A stretch of DNA of 64,000 bases from the IMG/VR virus record IMGVR_UViG_3300028840_002431, positions 310,001 through 374,000 of that record; one strand, written 5' to 3'. The translations under genes were made by a program, and so were the position numbers. Below, piece after piece: positions 47,544 through 59,300 of this stretch. Under the pieces are notes generated by a model. The model was not told the DNA's origin. It ran no database searches and worked only from the letters and a program-made list of their open reading frames with translations. The stretch's first letter is position 1, and every line of letters begins with the position of its first letter.

Positions 47544-47719
47544 TAGCTACCGTATTGAAGCTTCTCTAGCTTCCGTTTGAGGCTGGCGATCTCGGCCTTG
47601 GTCGCGGCAATACCGAGTTCGCAGACCTGTTTCATGTGTTCGTTGAGCGCGAAGTTGCGCTTCTCCCATTTTGGAAACTCTTGCTTTTGAGTCTCACCCG
47701 GCTTCTTTTCGTTGTCCAT
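47543..47719 (-). CDS. small coiled-coil protein
   Basis: Start reassigned to ATG 47719 (GGAGG SD upstream); TAATG coupling to the next gene. Confidence 0.6.
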   Translation of the reverse strand: MDNEKKPGETQKQEFPKWEKRNFALNEHMKQVCELGIAATKAEIASLKRKLEKLQYGS

Positions 47720-47720
47720 T

Positions 47721-50700
47721 CTAAGCCTCCTCAACGGCAAGCAGTTTGATCAGTTGGTTGTAGAAGTCCTCTTGCGCCTCTATCCGATTATCAACGGCTA
47801 TGGCCTGTTGCACGATCAGGCCGGACTTCAAATTGATCCTTGTGTCAATCCACGTGTACCGGCCATCGTACAATTTGTCGGTGTTGGCCAGGATGTTCTC
47901 GATAAGTTCTATCGTAGCCGGGATATCAGTAGTTAGACGGGCGTCCACGAGAACGTCCCTGGCATCCAGGTCGGATGTCAGCGTCGGCCGTGCAAACGCC
48001 GCTGGAACCCCCGCTACGGGAACCGGGTCGTTAATCAATGTCTGGAAGGCGATGGTGTTAGCTTCCAGGGCCGCAATACTCTGATAGAGAGTAAAGAGGG
48101 CCTGGACCGTGGCCTTGGACACACCAAAGAGCTTCACGATCCGGTAAGAAATACCGGACTGGGTGGCCGGGAAGGGCGTCTCAACCTCCAACTGGGTCTC
48201 CGAAAGGACGTTTTCGACCTGATAGATGCCCGCGTTGGGTCCGGCCACGATGTACACGAAATGGGCCTGAGACACCTCTGATGTAAGAAAGGTGCCGTTC
48301 ACGTCATCGAGCGTCTTCAAGCCAACGGTTGTCTCTCCCGTAGCACTGGTGAAGATGTCGGTGAAGACCTGATCCAGGAAATCCAAAATGTACGTTTGCT
48401 CGTCGGCGTATACCCCCAACTGGCCCGTCAAAGCATCGTTCAAAAGAGCCAAGTAGTCGTTGGAGGAACCGCCATACGTGGCCAGCGAGTTATCAATTCG
48501 ATACGCACCACCGGCTGTAGACGGCAAAGGCGCGTCCAACCGTACGTGCGTGTTATCTATAATATCTATGATTTGACGACGCTCCCCAGTGTTAGCACTG
48601 GGCGGGTCAACATAAACCACGGTGTAACCTACCCTCGCTTGACTCAGAAAGATCGCGGTGGCGTCGAAGAGTATGGTTGGATCGGGATCAAACATACCCA
48701 ACCCGCCCACTGTGATGGAGCTAACCGCTATCTCGAACGTGACCGCGCCCGGCGTGGACCCGAGTGCCGTGTCCACCGTGATCGTGTTAGCCCCGACGGT
48801 CGTTATGCGAGCAAAAGCAGAAGGTCCATCGGGACCAGCGATGACACGGGCTATATCGTACTTCTCCGGATCTAAAGGCGGAGGAGGCCATGGACCCGCC
48901 CCGTTAGTAATGATCGTCCCGGTGCCGTCAATAGTACCTGTAGCCACGTACGGAGAGGTCGTCAGACCTCTTATGATGCCCGTCGGATTATGGATTATCT
49001 GGTCTTCTGTCCACAGGAACCCGTTCTGCTCGTTATCCGGGTCCGGCGTCTGGATCGGGAAGCTCAGATCCCCGTCGTCGTCTGTGATGCCACCATAAAG
49101 GGCCGGGAACTTTTCAGGCGCTGTTAAGGTATTGATCAGATTAATCTTACCCGAAAGAGCCTGTTCCTCCTTCAGAGGCGTGTTGGATATCGAAGAAATC
49201 TCCTCGATGTAAATGATCTGGCCGCTCTCTCCGTTGAACGAGTAATCCCGGCTAAAGAGATAATAAATCAACTCGTCAGGACCGGTTTGAGCGGAGCCGT
49301 CAATTGGGGAACGATAAATAGTAGTCCCCACGTCCGCCGTGCCCGCCAAGCCAGTTATACCAAGAGTAGTCGCTGTGACCGAAGTAACGGTAACAGGCGA
49401 ACTGCTATCGTTGATATAGGTGCCGTCACGGCGCTGAACGATACACTCCATGCCGGTTTTGAAAGGTGGCCGAGCGTACTCCTCCGAGCCTTCCGCGACA
49501 TCTACCTTGAGTAAAGCCGGACCAGAAAACTCGGTAGACTCCATGACGACAGCCCACGCGAGCCGTGTGCGCAAACCAAATACGAGTGTGATATTGGTTG
49601 ACCCAGTGTCCGCGACCTCGTCCCCGGTTTCCGATGTGGGCGTGACCGCCGACACAGCGTAGAAATTCTTGTCCGTCGGGTAGAAACGACTCCTGGTTCC
49701 AGGGATGTAATACTTCTGGAAGGTGCCGATAGAGGTAACAGCGAAAGGCGGGAAGGTTATCTCGTAGGGAGCGTCGGATACCTTGATAACATCGTCAATC
49801 TGGTTCGTAACTGGTCCAGGAGGATGCTCCGCGCCCGTTGTCCCGTCAAACAGCAACAGCCCGTCATTGTTGCCCACAACACGACCGTCCAGAGCACGAA
49901 GATAGACTTCGAGGAGGTTGACGGCGTCGTTGTAGAAAAGAAGCGTGGATCTGGCGATGATATCCTGGTTGGCAAGATGTTTTTCGTCGAAATAAAGAGA
50001 CGGTCGGCCTTGCTCAAACAGTTGGGGTTGCGAAGCGTTCTCCGTCTGCGGGCCAGAAGAACCACTGCTCGCGTCTGACGCTATCTCCTGAGCATACTCG
50101 CCCCGGAAATTGGTCATCGTCTCAACGCGATAGTAGAACGAGTCAGGGGACAGGATGGAATAGTTGGCCAACAAAATCTGGCCCAGCAAACCGTTAGAAC
50201 TGTTGGGTGTTATCTGACTCGTGTAAGAAGCACGTAGATTGATGCCCGCTTCCGCCACTTCGTAGCCCGTGTAAAAAATCGAGAACTCTTCTCTGGCCTT
50301 GAGAGCCTCCGAAAAGATTACCCGACCAGAGTTGTCGATCTGGAACTGGGTTGGTTCAACGAGAATAACACCCGGTTCCCCTTCGACACGCCGATAGACC
50401 GTGTAAGGTTCCGTTAGAACCGGAACACGACTTGTCTGTACCTCAGTGGTCGGAGGCTCGAAGATTGGTCGCACCGAGTAAAACAGAAGCTGGGAGCCGG
50501 ACACATACTGCCGAATCGCATTGGCTGTTAACGAGACCTCCGTACGATTGGTTTCGCCGTCGTAATCCGTCCCTGACACCTGTAGGAAATCGGTGAAAGA
50601 GCCTCCGCTATCCGTGAACAACAACACTGTGCCGGTGCGGTAGGCATTGGTCCGATCCCCCGAAATCAAAAACGTGTTGCTCCCACGCGCAATGGCCTCA

Positions 50701-53645
50701 AAACTCTCAAGCTCCGCTGCGAAATACGACGGAGCCAGCGGGGCGCTCGTGATAGGAGTTGCTCCTGAAGAGACGAACACGTTCGGGTCCGTGAACGCAT
50801 CCTGGAAAACCTGATTCCCATAGAGTTCGACAGTGGTCTCGTTTGTCGTCGGGTTGTATGTCGAGCTACCTATCAGATAGACCTGCTCGTTCTCGATACG
50901 AAGCAAGTAGTCTGGTGGGAAGCTCGCGGTGTGGTCTCCATGGACGGTGAATTTATTGTTCGGGTCCCCGTTCTCGTCAATCACGGCAATGTTAACAACA
51001 GCCGTCAGAATGGGCGGATTGAGCACCGTGATGGTCTTCTCCCCGCCCACAGCCTGAGTCACGTAGTAGTCGATGTAGACACGCTCGTCCGGCCCGATGG
51101 TCGCCCCATGGGGCAGCGCATCTGTCAAATGGTCGTCGGGGAGAAACGTAATCGTAGATGCCGCCGTATCTACCGTACATTGAACCCCGAGTTCCTGTGG
51201 GCGACCGCCTCGAAACACCGCAGGGGGTGGGTCATCAGCCACATCCAATCCAGCCACGTTGAATTCCAAGGTGGACGTAGGGGTTGGATGATCCTGAGTG
51301 ATCTCCTTACGGATCAAGAACCGGCCATACTCCTGTTGAGGAGGATCAGGGTCCGTCGGCGGTTCAGTGGAAGGCGGTTCCGTTGTGTATGTAACCAGGA
51401 TCTCCTCTAGGGAGAGCATTCGGTCAGTAAATTGGATCAGCCCCAAACCAGCTTGAAGGATATAGTCGGTCTTGATGACCAGTTCCCGCATCCAGAAGAC
51501 TTCGGTCCCAAGATCGGCTGCGGAGAAGTTCAGATTACCCGTCGCCTCGCTTATCTCCACGGTCCCGGCTGGCGGGCTGGTGAAATCAAGGTCCGTAGGT
51601 ACGAGCACAACCGTGGCAAACTGGGCGGCGGCGGCCGGGCCGAAGCGGAAACCAGAGGTTGTGACGTATGCCGTCGGGATGTTCAGACGAGGAGCGTTAG
51701 TAGCTGGCCCCAGTGACCGTAAGCGTTGTACCTTGGTGGACGGATCGATCAGTATCACTTCACCAAAGAACCGGTCCGCGAGGATTTCCCGGTTCTGCCG
51801 AATAGTATAAGCCGCCCCGGTAACACTCGCGGGAGACGCTACGTCCGTCTCCAATTCCGTCGCGGACACAACATTGGCGACCGTGTAGACCCCTTCGGCG
51901 GCCGTTGTGGACACCTCTATCAAATACCCAGGTTGAATGCCCGTGCTGACAAAATCAGCTAGAGGGTCTTCAAATGTGGTCCCTGAAAACGAGGCCACCC
52001 CTTCCACGATGATCGGATAGCTCGTTACAAGGGAGACAACACCAGAAGTCGGATCAAGTAGTGCGTCAGTCCCAAGAACCAGCGGAGTGTAAGTACCGGT
52101 CCCTGGACCTGTCTCAAGCTCCAAAACAATGTTACCAGTCAAGACCAATGGGTCCGGTAACGCGACACCCGTGGTCGGCTGAAGAATTGGCACCAGTGTC
52201 TGATACTTACGCTGGGCGAAATACAACACGCCTTCGTCGAAGCCGATGTAATACCCAAGCCCTGTCGGCGGAGAAGGCACATCGAGACGCGGGAAATTGC
52301 TCGATATGTATGTGCCTTGGCCCTGAGCGATTTCTATGACGAGGGGGTAGGCTGGATCGTCGATAGGCGTCGAGGGTAAGAACACCTGAGGGGACGCGAT
52401 AATAGGGTCGGCCCAAACCGCGTTCGTAACCTCATAAAACGCTGTGACATCCTTGATTGTCTGGGACGCATCGAGATTCACAGGTGTGCGTAGGAACCGG
52501 ACCGAAATACCACGCTCGATCGGAAGGTCTCCGAATATGACAGTTACCGACTCCCCGGCATATTTGGCTTGATCGGCGGCCGAAAACTGGACCGCACCGG
52601 AAGACGGGTCAACCTGGACCACCCCGGTCTTGCCCGAAGAGAACAAGGCGCTGTCCAGATACGTGAATTGAGGGAACTGGTAATAAGGGCTGGCGTTAGG
52701 GAGCGCGAAAATCAAATCCACGCCGGTCGGCGGCAACCCTGTGATAGCCGCTGGCGCGGCGATATCGCCCAGTACCTGTCTTGGAAGCGTCAGCCCTTTA
52801 TCGTACAACACGCCGTCGTAATAAACCGGTGTCCCGGAGTAGTTAGATATGTCAGTCGGGTTGAACTTCAATCGTCCTGTGTCCAAGGCCCAGTTGACCG
52901 TTCCAGACGCCGGGGACGGCAAAGGCTCAGTCGGGAACTCGACAGTCTCCAAGTACAACCCGAACCCGAACCTCAGTAATGGGATCTGACCGGTACCCGG
53001 TATGGGGTTCAAGAGGACAACGTCATCGTCGATCAACCCGATGCTTGTCGAATCTTTGAACTCGAAGAACTGTTGCTGTTGCCACCGAACAAGCTGACCG
53101 GAGTAGGTCGTCAGGTCCCCGGTGTTCCAGTTCAGGTGCCCTGTCTCAAGAGACAACTCGGCTGTCCCGGAAGGAGGACTGCCAAACCCGGAGTCATCGG
53201 CTACGATGGAAACTGTCCAGGTTGTGCCACTTCCCGTGGAACCGACCGCCAGACGGTATGGCGCTCCCAGCACAGGGGCGGACCTTACCGGAGGTCGAAC
53301 CGTTATCCGATCGACGTTGGAGTCTACAGTGAGAGTCCCCGCCTCTGTTACAACGCTCCCAGGCAAAGGTGCGAATCGACCGGCAGCGGCCTGATAATCG
53401 AGGCGCTGGACAACCTCGTTCTTGGTCCACCCGAACTCCGCGTTCGCCAAAAGACCGGCGATTGGCGTCCCCTCAGAGGTGATCAAAACCAGATAATCGT
53501 TACGAGGCTCCGACTCATCAGAAGGGTAGGCTGTGTCGAAAGCCGTCTGATCTGAAATATAGTTGTCCGGCGTCTGTGTGAACGGAGAATTGGCTTGACC
53601 AACTCTAATCGGTTCCAACACATATCCGCTGATACTGAAAGCCAT
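47721..53645 (-). CDS. giant (1974 aa) virion structural/baseplate protein
   Basis: Repeated P.SGT.E.S..TG.LNF and F....V..G..V.I..G...G.Y.V..V.S.T.L modules; helical C-terminus. Confidence 0.7.
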   Translation of the reverse strand: MAFSISGYVLEPIRVGQANSPFTQTPDNYISDQTAFDTAYPSDESEPRNDYLVLITSEGTPIAGLLANAEFGWTKNEVVQRLDYQAAAGRFAPLPGSVVTEAGTLTVDSNVDRITVRPPVRSAPVLGAPYRLAVGSTGSGTTWTVSIVADDSGFGSPPSGTAELSLETGHLNWNTGDLTTYSGQLVRWQQQQFFEFKDSTSIGLIDDDVVLLNPIPGTGQIPLLRFGFGLYLETVEFPTEPLPSPASGTVNWALDTGRLKFNPTDISNYSGTPVYYDGVLYDKGLTLPRQVLGDIAAPAAITGLPPTGVDLIFALPNASPYYQFPQFTYLDSALFSSGKTGVVQVDPSSGAVQFSAADQAKYAGESVTVIFGDLPIERGISVRFLRTPVNLDASQTIKDVTAFYEVTNAVWADPIIASPQVFLPSTPIDDPAYPLVIEIAQGQGTYISSNFPRLDVPSPPTGLGYYIGFDEGVLYFAQRKYQTLVPILQPTTGVALPDPLVLTGNIVLELETGPGTGTYTPLVLGTDALLDPTSGVVSLVTSYPIIVEGVASFSGTTFEDPLADFVSTGIQPGYLIEVSTTAAEGVYTVANVVSATELETDVASPASVTGAAYTIRQNREILADRFFGEVILIDPSTKVQRLRSLGPATNAPRLNIPTAYVTTSGFRFGPAAAAQFATVVLVPTDLDFTSPPAGTVEISEATGNLNFSAADLGTEVFWMRELVIKTDYILQAGLGLIQFTDRMLSLEEILVTYTTEPPSTEPPTDPDPPQQEYGRFLIRKEITQDHPTPTSTLEFNVAGLDVADDPPPAVFRGGRPQELGVQCTVDTAASTITFLPDDHLTDALPHGATIGPDERVYIDYYVTQAVGGEKTITVLNPPILTAVVNIAVIDENGDPNNKFTVHGDHTASFPPDYLLRIENEQVYLIGSSTYNPTTNETTVELYGNQVFQDAFTDPNVFVSSGATPITSAPLAPSYFAAELESFEAIARGSNTFLISGDRTNAYRTGTVLLFTDSGGSFTDFLQVSGTDYDGETNRTEVSLTANAIRQYVSGSQLLFYSVRPIFEPPTTEVQTSRVPVLTEPYTVYRRVEGEPGVILVEPTQFQIDNSGRVIFSEALKAREEFSIFYTGYEVAEAGINLRASYTSQITPNSSNGLLGQILLANYSILSPDSFYYRVETMTNFRGEYAQEIASDASSGSSGPQTENASQPQLFEQGRPSLYFDEKHLANQDIIARSTLLFYNDAVNLLEVYLRALDGRVVGNNDGLLLFDGTTGAEHPPGPVTNQIDDVIKVSDAPYEITFPPFAVTSIGTFQKYYIPGTRSRFYPTDKNFYAVSAVTPTSETGDEVADTGSTNITLVFGLRTRLAWAVVMESTEFSGPALLKVDVAEGSEEYARPPFKTGMECIVQRRDGTYINDSSSPVTVTSVTATTLGITGLAGTADVGTTIYRSPIDGSAQTGPDELIYYLFSRDYSFNGESGQIIYIEEISSISNTPLKEEQALSGKINLINTLTAPEKFPALYGGITDDDGDLSFPIQTPDPDNEQNGFLWTEDQIIHNPTGIIRGLTTSPYVATGTIDGTGTIITNGAGPWPPPPLDPEKYDIARVIAGPDGPSAFARITTVGANTITVDTALGSTPGAVTFEIAVSSITVGGLGMFDPDPTILFDATAIFLSQARVGYTVVYVDPPSANTGERRQIIDIIDNTHVRLDAPLPSTAGGAYRIDNSLATYGGSSNDYLALLNDALTGQLGVYADEQTYILDFLDQVFTDIFTSATGETTVGLKTLDDVNGTFLTSEVSQAHFVYIVAGPNAGIYQVENVLSETQLEVETPFPATQSGISYRIVKLFGVSKATVQALFTLYQSIAALEANTIAFQTLINDPVPVAGVPAAFARPTLTSDLDARDVLVDARLTTDIPATIELIENILANTDKLYDGRYTWIDTRINLKSGLIVQQAIAVDNRIEAQEDFYNQLIKLLAVEEA

Positions 53646-54223
53646 TAGATCACCGACCCGAATCCAACACCCACTCCGCCCGCAGGAGAGGCCGAACCCA
53701 CGATAGGCACAGGTTGAACAAACGCCGCAAAAGTTATGTCCAAGGCCATGCCAATAGCTGTCGCCGTTTTGATGGACCCTTCACCGACCATCCCCACCGC
53801 CGCCAGACCAGTGATCATGGCCGGAATCGCAGAAGCCCCGACGATCTTGGCCACTCCCGTGCCCGTTCCGATACCGGGATGATTCGTCTGTATAAGCGCC
53901 AACGCTATCCAACCTGTCATGAGTCCATTTGATAGCCCGGTAATCATCAAGGGCGACATCGGGCCTAAGATTCCCATCGATGAAAAGCCGGTATACAAAG
54001 AGGCTTGTAAAAGAGGGAACGGTACGATCAATGGTATGATGCTGGTGCCTACACCAAGGGTCCCGGTATCAACCGTTGTAACCTTGGCGTAAATCCCAAA
54101 GTATTGGCAGACCCCAATCGCCACTCCGAGTGAGAACTTAGGCACACCGATCCCAATGTTGCCGACGGCAAGTAGGTTCGGGGCGACGAATCCCGTCGCA
54201 AGTGCTGGCGGGTTTAAAGGCAT
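53645..54223 (-). CDS. Gly-rich hydrophobic protein downstream of the spike
   Basis: Start reassigned to ATG 54223 (TGATG overlap); very few charged residues. Confidence 0.65.
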   Translation of the reverse strand: MPLNPPALATGFVAPNLLAVGNIGIGVPKFSLGVAIGVCQYFGIYAKVTTVDTGTLGVGTSIIPLIVPFPLLQASLYTGFSSMGILGPMSPLMITGLSNGLMTGWIALALIQTNHPGIGTGTGVAKIVGASAIPAMITGLAAVGMVGEGSIKTATAIGMALDITFAAFVQPVPIVGSASPAGGVGVGFGSVI

Positions 54224-56385
54224 CAGACAGATCTCACCACAGCGCACCCTTGTAATGGTAAGCCCGTGATCCAATCCAGGCTGGGCGAGCCAGGAGGCAG
54301 CATAGGTATACCTCTTGACACACCAAAGGCTGCGGCGGGCGCTCCAAGGAGGACCTGAGCGGAAGTAAGGACTATCCCCACAGGAGCCGTCAACGTCATG
54401 GCTGACCCGGCTGTGAGACTCAATGCCAAACCGGCTGTGACCGACACCGCTCCAGCGGCGGCAGCCAGAGACAGTGCTCCGGAAGCGGTAGAAATCGAAA
54501 CAGCACCCGTCCCGACAGTTACCGAATAGGCCCCAGCCGGAACATTCACGGCCATGGCACCGCTGGCGACGGTGGTACTCTTTGCCCCAACAGTGATGGT
54601 TTCTGCCACTCCACCGGCCAGGACGGTCGATACCTTTCCTCCGACCACCACGGTTTCCAACACCTGCATGGCGTACTGGTACTGACTCTTCCCGGAGACA
54701 AGGACATTGTACTCGCCAGCGTTTACCCCCATGCCGGACTGAGCATTGACGCTGTACCGGTCGGCCAGGACAGCGTAGCCGCCGTTCACAGTCGTGGCCT
54801 TGGCCCCAGCGACGTTCTCAACACTATCCCCAGAACTGTAGGCTTCACGGTTGCCTTGAAGGTTCTCGCTGTACGCCACATTGTTGTTGTCCTGGACGCC
54901 TTGAGCCTCCACAACATAGGACGAGTGCGTGCGGAATTTCAGGCCAGCGCCGGACGAACTGCCCTTGAAGTCGAAGACAGCCCCGCCTTCGAGAGTCAAA
55001 TGGAGAGCAATGTTGTCGGGTTTGGCTGCTCCGAGACGCATCTTGAGAGCGCCGTCCATGTTAACTTCGGCGGATACGTTCTTGGTCGCCCCGGAACTAT
55101 ACTTCTCAGCCCTCGACCCTGGAATGTTGACAAACAGCTTGCCCTGCTTAGAGATAGCGGCGGCGAAGGCGCTCGTCGTATCCGACTTCCCAGCCGGACT
55201 TGGCGGCGGCACGATGCGAAGCAAAAAAGCGCCAGCCGTCGTGTAAGTCTCCTGGTCGTCCAGGGGCGATCTAGCGATAGGCTCTGTAACGAAATTGGCT
55301 TTCCCCGTGGCCAGAAAATCATCGAAGATCCTGGGACGAAGTATCTGACCGTATTGTTGTAGCCCTGTAGACGAGGAGGTGTCGTTCCCGATTAAGGTTC
55401 CAAGGATGCGTTCGATGTAGACCGGACGCCTGTCCATTTGAAAACCATCGACCTCTTCGCGCACCTCCTGAGTCAAATCAGTGGTGTGGGATATCTCTAC
55501 GCGATCCTCTGTGTACACTTCCGCCACACCCCTGTTGTCGGGGTTCGCATCCTCTGTGTTCGCGCCAGACAAATTGGCGGGGTAATGAGCCTGACGCCCA
55601 TTGGAAAACGTTATGGACGGGAATGCTGTTTCATTGTTGATGGCGTCCAACACCGTGCCTTCAGACACAGTAAACCGCTTGAGAATGTCACCGCCGTAGT
55701 AACCCTCGTCGGTAGTTTTGAGCTTCTTACCCTCTGAGAATATGTCGGGCGGCAGAAAGAACCCGCTCCTGCGAGCGGCACCAGAGAGGCGAAACACCCC
55801 AGCATCACTCTCCACACGATGTAGGGACTGCGATACCAATGTCCTATCGCTGTCTCGAAGCTCGAAGAGATCCCCGGCCCGGTTGATCATCCTCACATCT
55901 TTGGTGAGGGCAAACTCAGACCCCGAAGCGGACATCCCGCCAACGTCACCCGGCTGTAGCTTCAGTCGCTTATAACGGGTCTGAGGGGTGAATACTTTTC
56001 TGTAAAGGTCGGCGTCCTCCGGGTCGATCTCGGCCGGGTTCGACGCGGACAACGGATCAAAACGCATGGCCGAACGTTTGCCGGTAGGGACGTACCCAAG
56101 AATCACAGCGTCCCAGATCTGCTTATGGCGTCGCCGGTACCCGATGAGCACCATGGAGTTGACCTCAGGAATACCTCCCCAAAAGCTGCGCGGGCCGGTC
56201 ATAGCCTGAGTCAAATCGATCTCGAAACGTTCCGCTCCGCCAGTGATCACCCTGACATCACACTTGAGTTCCACCTCGTCAACGCGGGTTATGATCCCGA
56301 GCTTTAAGCCGTAAGGGTCTCCCTGATCAACGAACTCAGTTCCAGGCACGTACCCCGACGGGGTCTTTGGTATATAGTCAGTCAT
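54223..56385 (-). CDS. baseplate central spike (gp5/VgrG/gpV-like)
   Basis: N-terminal OB-fold pattern (GIITRVD...GGIPEVNSMVLIGY), C-terminal beta-helix repeats (SVTVGTGAVSISTASGALSL), tip DWITGLPL. Confidence 0.8.
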   Translation of the reverse strand: MTDYIPKTPSGYVPGTEFVDQGDPYGLKLGIITRVDEVELKCDVRVITGGAERFEIDLTQAMTGPRSFWGGIPEVNSMVLIGYRRRHKQIWDAVILGYVPTGKRSAMRFDPLSASNPAEIDPEDADLYRKVFTPQTRYKRLKLQPGDVGGMSASGSEFALTKDVRMINRAGDLFELRDSDRTLVSQSLHRVESDAGVFRLSGAARRSGFFLPPDIFSEGKKLKTTDEGYYGGDILKRFTVSEGTVLDAINNETAFPSITFSNGRQAHYPANLSGANTEDANPDNRGVAEVYTEDRVEISHTTDLTQEVREEVDGFQMDRRPVYIERILGTLIGNDTSSSTGLQQYGQILRPRIFDDFLATGKANFVTEPIARSPLDDQETYTTAGAFLLRIVPPPSPAGKSDTTSAFAAAISKQGKLFVNIPGSRAEKYSSGATKNVSAEVNMDGALKMRLGAAKPDNIALHLTLEGGAVFDFKGSSSGAGLKFRTHSSYVVEAQGVQDNNNVAYSENLQGNREAYSSGDSVENVAGAKATTVNGGYAVLADRYSVNAQSGMGVNAGEYNVLVSGKSQYQYAMQVLETVVVGGKVSTVLAGGVAETITVGAKSTTVASGAMAVNVPAGAYSVTVGTGAVSISTASGALSLAAAAGAVSVTAGLALSLTAGSAMTLTAPVGIVLTSAQVLLGAPAAAFGVSRGIPMLPPGSPSLDWITGLPLQGCAVVRSV

Positions 56386-59300
56386 CAGGTGTTAGTTCTT
56401 AGCTCAAGTTGTTTGTTGGCCACGTCCTGGCGGAGTTCGGCAATTCTTTCATCGATAGATTCAATGGCCTTGGGGACATCAGTGCCAACCACAACAGCGT
56501 CGGATTCCAATTGCTGGACCAGACGTTCACGGGTTTGCGTGAGGCGTTGGATGCTGGCCTGATCCTGGCTGATCTCTTTTGTCAACGAAGACTTCTTCGC
56601 GTTGCTCCTGAGATTCTTGCCGAACGCCTCCCATGACTTCGAGATGTTATCCCGGTTAGTTCCGATGGCCCCAGAAGTGGCCTCTGGATCACCCAAGGAG
56701 AAACGGTTAGGAGCAGAGAAGGGAGGGGCGAACTGCGACGGACGTTCAATCTCCTCGGCTTGTGTGGCAACCACTCTTGGAGTCTTAGGTAAGTAGTCGC
56801 CTCGGATAGCCTTTTCAAACTCCTGGTGAGGAGTATCGAGTTTCTTGTAGAGATCAACTAGAAACCGGTCAACCTTGGAGATCAGTTCTGTGCTGGACTG
56901 CCCGAATATGGAATTCTCGGTTTGATACTTGCTCTGCACCTCCTCTAATCTCTCTTCCGCCTCCGTGAGGCGGACCTTCAATCTTCTAACCACCCTTTGC
57001 TGATCCAGATGTTCGTTGGTGATAGCGGCTACATCAGCGTCAGGTTGGTTTAGCCGCCGGTCGAGTTCGGCCAATCTTTCCTCCGCCGTGCGTACCTGGG
57101 CCGTCAAGGAATTGACGTTCCGGGCGGCAGCTTGTGACGCCCCGCTATTAACCGGACCGCCCAACGCTTCCAAGGAGGACAAGGCTGTTTGTTCTTCTTC
57201 GGCCGACGAACCTCCCGTGAGAGTTCTAACTTGATACCCGGAATTGATGAAAGCCAGATCTTGTCGCCCTGTAAGACAAACACAGTTCTCATTGTTGTAT
57301 GTGGAAGCGTCTTTGACGGACATCTCCATCAAAGTTAAGGCCCGAGACAATTGCGAGGCTTCGACTTCGGGGGAACCCTGATTTTGCTGTGACCCGAGAG
57401 GAGCGTTATCGACAAAGTTGTCCCCAACATCAACGAATTCCGGTTCCCGGCTATCTGGGTTCAGAACGGCCGCGCTCTGTCGTTCCTCAGGAGTCAGAGT
57501 GGTCAGAGTTCCGGCCGGGTTAGCATAACCTGTGTGGACCGTGGTCAACCCTTGAGACTCGGCTGTTAACATCTCCTGCATACCGCCCGATAACGCCAGT
57601 TGCACATCAACCGTGGCCCGGCTCTGAGTTTTGGCGTCCACGTTCGTGATCAGTCGGCCGTCCTTCAACGAGACACGTCTGCCATAGCGGTAATGGCCAA
57701 TGACCTCGAACCCCCTTTCGTCGCTCACCGGACGTATCATGGCTGTTTGAGACGCAAGGACATTCAAAGAAGAATCCGACTTCGGCGTGACGTTTAGGTT
57801 CTTCTTCGGTAGTGTTAGAATCTCGCTAATCGCGCCGCCTCTGGCAGAAGCGTCGTGGGCGTAAATGTAGACACCAGCGGAATTCAAACCGTATTGATAA
57901 CGATTGTTCAGGTACTTGTCGGTCAACGCATCTTCATCATTTGCCTTAAACTTCGGATGGATTCTCTCGTCGTAAGCATCCTTGGCTAACTGGGTCTGAG
58001 CCTGAGCCTCCTTTGGAACATACTTGTTCGCGCCACCCTTTTTCTCACCCGCCTGATCACTTATGTCAGCCGGGGCGAACGGCCGAGTGTAAGCCATCAC
58101 CACGTTCGGATAGCCTACGATTCGACCAGTTTTCGGGTGCCGTAGAATGAGGGGTTCATAAGGGTTGTCGTCTCCCGATTTAGAATTGAAAGCCTCTTCG
58201 GTCGGCGGCACGGAGGCGGCGTTGCGGACATCCAAACTGAACACGCCGCTTTTGGATAGCTGCCGGGAACTGTAATGAAAGGAGTCGGGAGTCCCCGCCT
58301 TGTTCTTTTCCGCTTCACCGGAAAACTTCTGTAACTTCAATACTCCGACCCCGCGAGGCGCGATGAACTTGGAACGCTTGGCCGTCAGGTTCAGAGTCGT
58401 CATAGCCCGGCTTCCCGCCGAAAAACTATGGCTTATACCTTGCAGGTACCAGACTTGATCCTTGGGGGCGACATATACAGGGAACCCTATACGCAACTCA
58501 GGGCGCATCGGAATCGTCACCGTCCCCCTATGACGACGAGAGTTGAGCCTGTCCAGCAAATCCAAGCCATGGTAGAACATGGTATGGACGTTGCCCATGA
58601 ACTCAGAATTGAGGGGCCTTGATCTCCAACCGTACTTTCTCAATAGGTGGTAGTCCGTAACAGATGTGAACGGTGTCACGTCGGCGGGCATCCCATAGTC
58701 GTTAATGCCTCCCCACTGTCCTTGTAGGATAATCTGTGTGACTACCTCTGACTCCGAATCTCCGAAATCCCAGCTTTCAATATCAATATCCTGAATCCAG
58801 GAGACAGGCTTGTTCCCCAACACGTCGAGGTTGTAAAAAGGCGGCTTGAAGACGATATCCCCTGTCACATCCATGTAAAATTCGAAACCTATGGCCTCCT
58901 TAGCAGCGTTCGCCAACTCTAACTTCGTCTGGAATTCAGACTGCCAAAGATCTACCTGCCCGGCTTGAGAAAAGACGTTCCGGTAGGCGGCTACATTGGA
59001 GGACGTGGGGTCGAATACCATCTGACCGCCATCGTTCCCCCCGTTGGCGTAGCTTACCGCCGTAGACGCAAAGCGCTTCTTTGGGACGGTGCCCGGTGGA
59101 TTGCTCTGGGAATAGGCTTGGTAGAGCGTGTCCCCGCGAACTGCTACGCCCTGAGTCCCATAGAGAACCAGATTACTCCTCATGCGAGAGAAGCGTTGCT
59201 GCCAGTAGCCCATCAAATCAGCCAAAGCAGCGTCAAACACCGGCCGTTGGGCCGTTTCTTTTACCAACTGGTTCAAAGATCCTGTTCCCACGACGATGTC

